Shown piece by piece: positions 59,914 to 64,000 of a stretch of 64,000 nucleotides of DNA (positions are counted from its first letter, which is position 1; each line of letters begins with the position of its first letter). Below the pieces are notes generated by a model. That model was given only the letters and a program-made list of their open reading frames with translations. It had not been told where the DNA came from and did no database searches. The position numbers and the translations under genes were made by a program. Location: NCBI GenBank assembly GCA_963839205.1, contig CAWITU010000002.1, forward strand, positions 148,627 through 212,626, in the 5' to 3' direction. Source of the DNA: an uncultured bacterium. GTDB lineage: Bacteria > Patescibacteriota > Minisyncoccia > Phycocordibacterales > CAWITU01.

Positions 59914-60776
59914 TTTCTTAATTCCGTATCAATTTTTTGGAAGATAGCCGAATCAATATTCAAATCAAATTTACGAGCAAACAATTCGGGAGTTTTTTTA
60001 AGTGATTCAAGATCATGAACAGTGAAGGTTGCGGGATAGGGGCCATAGGGCTTGGACCAGTCTACGTAGGTTAAGTTTTTATTAATAATGTTTCCCTTGA
60101 TATCATCGTTGCTATTTAATAGTACTGTTTGAAAGAATAATTCATCAGCTAAATAGACATGTTTAAAGAAATTCAAAAAAACTACATTATTGTTTGAAAA
60201 GTTCACTAAATATTCGGCAACTGATCTTGGGCAACCAAACCAGAGTTCACCACCATATGCCTTGTAATTTAATGGTATCTTTCTGCGTGGTAAGAAGAAA
60301 TTCATTATATTTTCAATTCTTCTCAGATACCTATTGCGCGAAACAAACAAATGATATCGCTTAAAGCGGTGCGTTCCACCACCTTTCCAGCTTGAAATGG
60401 GTAGGGCAGTAAAGGACATAAATGTTTTGTCCCTGTTCTTGCCCAAGTAGTCTATAATTTCTCGAGTTGTTTTAATTGGGTAATCCTGACCACTTAAAAG
60501 ATACAAATAATCAGGATCTATCCTTTCAATTGCAAACTTAAAAGCACTCAATACCGCCCCAAGAACATTACCCCATTTAGATTCTATTTGCGGAGCAAAA
60601 AATACTTTAGAAATGTTTGCAAGTTCTTGCTCAAATTGCTTTATTCCAACTTTTTTATCAACGTGAATGACAAAAAAGCTATTTTCAGATTGGAGGCTAA
60701 GTACAAGCTTTTTTAGCTGGATTGGGTTTTTGTGAACTAAGATAACATATGATATTTTTATATCTGAGTCGCTCAT
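59910..60776 (-). CDS. GT14-family (core-2/I-branching type) glycosyltransferase
   Basis: ISYVILVHKNPIQLKKLVLSL...FFVIHVDKK and the downstream Branch-domain pattern. Confidence 0.75.
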   Translation of the reverse strand: MSDSDIKISYVILVHKNPIQLKKLVLSLQSENSFFVIHVDKKVGIKQFEQELANISKVFFAPQIESKWGNVLGAVLSAFKFAIERIDPDYLYLLSGQDYPIKTTREIIDYLGKNRDKTFMSFTALPISSWKGGGTHRFKRYHLFVSRNRYLRRIENIMNFFLPRRKIPLNYKAYGGELWFGCPRSVAEYLVNFSNNNVVFLNFFKHVYLADELFFQTVLLNSNDDIKGNIINKNLTYVDWSKPYGPYPATFTVHDLESLKKTPELFARKFDLNIDSAIFQKIDTELRK

Positions 60777-60860
60777 TGTATTTGTTGGTTTTCATTATAC
60801 AATAGAACAATATTAATTACAGAATTACTATGAAAGTTGACGCTGAGGACTAAATAATCT

Positions 60861-61706
60861 ATGACAAAACCAATTCTCAGTATATTTTATGTTGTGGGTG
60901 GTGGCGACGAACACTATACCAATCTAGAGCGGAGTATAAAAAGTTTGGAGGAAAGGCTCGGGGTTCCATATAAAGTGGTAGTACTTGAGGTTGGTGAGCG
61001 CCTAGTTTCTACTCTAGGAGTCACCGTTTATCACATTTCTCCATTCGAGAAATCACAAGGAAGAAAAATGGATTTTAAGTTTTGGCAGCAGAAATACACT
61101 ATAGGTGATTATATTGATACCGAATACGGCCTCTATCTAGATACTGACACAGTTCTTGTACAGGATAATTTTGCGGAGATTATGCCTGCAATTGGAAATA
61201 AATTTGGTGTGGCGTTACATTTTTGGTCACCGAATTTTTGGCGCTATGGACGTTTGGCTATTCCTTTAAAAAATGCCTGGCGATTCATTATGTTGATGAG
61301 AAAGCTCGACGTGGGTTTGAGTACCCCATTCTTTGCAGGGGGAGCGTTCATTTTTAAAAATATTGAACAGAATAGACGTCTCCTTAAAGAGGTTCTTTCT
61401 CTTTATGACTATGTTTATCCTGGAGTATCAAATTATTTCAAAGGCATTACTGACGAAGTTTTTTTTAGTGCACTATTGTGGAAAGAGAACAAATTTGTTT
61501 CAATTGGTGGCGGCTTCAATCATTCTTGTATGGGGGATGAATTTATGCCATTGCGTATCGAAAATAATGTTATTTATGGAAAAAATGCCAATGAGGCCAA
61601 ATGGAGGAAAGTAACTTTTTTTCACTGCGATCCATCCAGAAGGGACCCATCCTTGCCTTATCAAGGTAAGTTAAAGGAGCTAGTACGCAGGGTATGGTTT
61701 ATGTAG
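60861..61706 (+). CDS. putative GT-A-fold glycosyltransferase (DxD)
   Basis: 281 aa with YLDTDTVLV (DxD-like). Sits inside the glycan locus. Family not recognised. Confidence 0.4.
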   Translation: MTKPILSIFYVVGGGDEHYTNLERSIKSLEERLGVPYKVVVLEVGERLVSTLGVTVYHISPFEKSQGRKMDFKFWQQKYTIGDYIDTEYGLYLDTDTVLVQDNFAEIMPAIGNKFGVALHFWSPNFWRYGRLAIPLKNAWRFIMLMRKLDVGLSTPFFAGGAFIFKNIEQNRRLLKEVLSLYDYVYPGVSNYFKGITDEVFFSALLWKENKFVSIGGGFNHSCMGDEFMPLRIENNVIYGKNANEAKWRKVTFFHCDPSRRDPSLPYQGKLKELVRRVWFM

Positions 61707-61779
61707 GCCAATTATTTATAATATGCATTGCCTTGGCAACGGTTATACAATGTACAGATGACACCAGTCAACAAATTTC

Positions 61780-62467
61780 ATGAATAAAATAAGCGTCATT
61801 ATGCCGGCATATAATGCTGAGCGTTATATAAAAGATTCCATAGAAAGTATTCTAAACCAGAGCGAACGTGATTTTGAATTTATCATAGTAGATGATGGAT
61901 CTACAGATAAAACTTCATTGATTATTTCTTCTTTCTCAGACCCACGACTTAGAGTTTTTAAAATTAATCATTGTGGTCTTATTTACTCATTAAATTTTGG
62001 AATCTCTAAGGCAAATGGTGAATATATTGCTCGAATGGATGTTGATGATATTTCAGAACCAAACCGTCTCAAAAAACAGGCTGATTTTCTTGATGACCAT
62101 CCAGATATAGCCCTGTGTGGTAGTTTCGCTACAATCATTGATGAAAATGGAAAAGTAAAAGGGAGGTTGGAATATTCGCCGATAGAAGATAAAAATATTA
62201 GGAGATATGCTCTACTCCATAATCCATTTATTCATCCAACGATTATGATTCGTAAGAAAGTTTTCGATTCAGTCGGGATGTATAAATCACTTTTTCAAGC
62301 ATGTTGAAGATTATGAATTATGGACTCGAGTACTCAGAAAATATAAAGGAGCAACATTATCTGAAGCTCCTTTTAAATATCGCATTCATGAAAACCAAAT
62401 TACAAAGAGAGGAAATTTTGAGATGAGATTGCGTGGCCATATATGTAAGGTTATTAGCATTCTATAA
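61780..62467 (+). pseudogene. GT2-family glycosyltransferase (one apparent frameshift near 62300)
   Basis: ISVIMPAYNAERYI..IIVDDGSTD..ARMDVDD, then after a T5 run the frame changes to ..FKHVEDYELWTRVL..YRIHENQITK. Confidence 0.85.
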
Positions 62468-62473
62468 GAATAT

Positions 62474-63269
62474 TTATATTTTAATCCAAGCTACTGGAAC
62501 AATGTCTGAATCTTCTTTTAGTTGAAACCATTTTTTTGGAGCAATCACTATTTTCTCTGAATTTGAATTAAGCCAAGCAGCCCACCAACTAAATGAAGAG
62601 TTGGCTATTATTTGATTTTGCACGAACTCATTAAATGGATTTCTTCATAATCTTTAATTACGTGCGTTTGATACCAAAATTATAGGTTCACAAAATTAAT
62701 ATTTTTTTTTGCCCATTCAATATCATCCGAAAAAATAAAAAACGTGGGGGATTGAACTTTTTCTTTAATGTATTTAACTGCCTTTTTATAATATTCCAAA
62801 TCACAAATTCCATGGTACGCGTTGGTTTTTTGGTCCGTAACATAATCACCACGTCGGATGTGGACTGCGATTGGACTCTGGACTCTGAATAATTAGATCT
62901 GATATTTTATTTGAGTCGCTCGCCAGTGGCAGTTTCAGTGTAAAATCTTCTCGAATAATTTCCTCAATATCCTTGAAATATTTCTCATTCTGGTAATGTG
63001 GGTAGGTGGTGAACAGCTTTTTGGATTCCTTTTTGATAAAATCTTTTTAAATAATTTTTTTTACTAGGTTTAAAAACAACAGCTTGTATATTAAATACAT
63101 CTAAACCAAATCTACGAGAAGTATCTATTTTTTCTGGAAAAATCAAATATTCTAGGTCAAGTATTAATTTCTGGTTTTTTTTAATACTCTGACTTTTACC
63201 TTTAGCATATTGAAACATCTGATTTCCGAGGCCTCCACTAAGATATTGAACAAATGCCCTGTCCACCAT
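62474..63269 (-). pseudogene. GT11-family alpha-1,2-fucosyltransferase, at least 4 frame disruptions including a 7-bp tandem duplication
   Basis: [49 protein letters not shown] are recovered from three frames. GACTCTG is duplicated at 62874-62887. Confidence 0.85.
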
Positions 63270-64000
63270 ATTTTTTCTGATAATGTTTCTTAAGTAATTC
63301 TTAATATAGCTCAAAAATATAATAAGTTTATCCCTTGAAGTCATTTGAATGTTTCTTAAGAAAAAATGTCCACCATATTTTTTCTTGTCTCTCATTAGTA
63401 TTATTGGACCATACGGTAGAACCATTCCTTCTGGATAAGCAAACGAAGGTAATAATATTTTTGTTTCGTCTAATCTTGACGATAAGTATTTGTTCCAATG
63501 GGATTCATCGTGCCATATTGCAGTAATATTTTTTTTAGTGTCATTATCAATATCATTCTGTAATTGTTTTATTGCAGCACAAAACACCTTACTACTTCCA
63601 CCATTTATTGCTCCCTGAAAATATGGTTCATTATCTTTAGGGGTAAAGAATGCTTTAGACATAGGATTGGATTCAAAAGGCTTTTCATTAATTAAAGCGT
63701 TGGAATATCCTGGATGAGTAACCGCAACAAAATTTTCCTTACCGCTTGGTAGTATTTCATTACTTGCTAATGGCTTGATAAATAAAGTATTTGCGTTGAA
63801 ATAAAAAATAAAATCGAATTGGGCGATTTCATCAATATCGTCGAGAACATCTCGTAACGTCTCAAGGTATTATTTGGCCAACCCAAGTCTTCTTGATAAA
63901 TTTTTTTTACGTTTAGGTTATTCTGGCATTCAAATTCGATATTGGAGCATCAGTAAAAACAAAGTATTTTTTTTGCGCCCCAGAAATAAAATATTCCTCA
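63270..64000 (-). pseudogene. GT6-family glycosyltransferase (NXN type), 5' end outside window, 2 apparent frameshifts, no stop before the GT11 ORF
   Basis: EEYFISGAQKKYFVFTD, LGWPNNTLRRYEMF, FDFIFYFNANTLF (NAN instead of DXD), AIWHDESHWNKY, PIILMRDKKKYGGH. Confidence 0.8.

Overview
This is an AT-rich bacterial chromosomal segment. Gene content and rRNA organisation suggest a Candidate Phyla Radiation (Patescibacteria/Parcubacteria-like) genome; that is inference only, since no database search was possible.

Protein genes (about 60):
- Housekeeping: msrA, rpsF-ssb-rpsR, efp, recA, ftsK, rplJ-rplL, secDF, pyk.
- Dispersed peptidoglycan genes: PBP2, FemAB-like, rodA, murD, murC.
- An HlyD-HlyD-MFS-MarR efflux unit and a two-component pair.
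- Two tandem HicB/HicA-like cassettes.
- A roughly 1100-aa repetitive surface protein.
- A 21-kb glycan locus: GT4, priming sugar transferase, epimerase ... glf, GT14, GT2, GT11, GT6.

RNA genes:
- 23S + 5S at 36.7-40.4 kb.
- An unlinked 16S at 49.8-51.3 kb.
- tRNA-Ile(GAU), tRNA-Leu(CAG), tRNA-Pro(CGG).

Most notable observations:
1. The 23S gene is split by two ORF-less group-I-like introns, exactly after U1931 and U2593 (E. coli numbering, by manual alignment).
2. The 16S 3' tail after helix 45 has no CCUCC anti-Shine-Dalgarno. Most genes lack an SD, and many have a TATAAT-like box 6-7 nt before the ATG, which suggests a largely leaderless translation regime. A few GC-richer genes with strong GGAGG sites stand out as probably foreign.
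3. A GT6 (NXN-type) ORF runs in frame into a GT11 alpha-1,2-fucosyltransferase ORF, the enzyme pair needed for ABH blood-group-like glycans. This part of the locus looks decayed: a 7-bp tandem duplication, a TGA at a conserved Trp of glf, and several frameshifts.
4. A roughly 160-nt structured direct repeat bounds the TA cassettes, next to a candidate small RNA.
5. The 3' end of tRNA-Pro is duplicated as an 18-nt repeat, beside an orphan VirD4/TraD-like ATPase.

Caveat: at least 22 apparent frameshifts interrupt otherwise recognisable genes. Many sit at short homopolymers, so assembly or sequencing indels are a serious alternative to real pseudogenes. All coordinates of RNA ends, promoters and frameshift sites are manual estimates.
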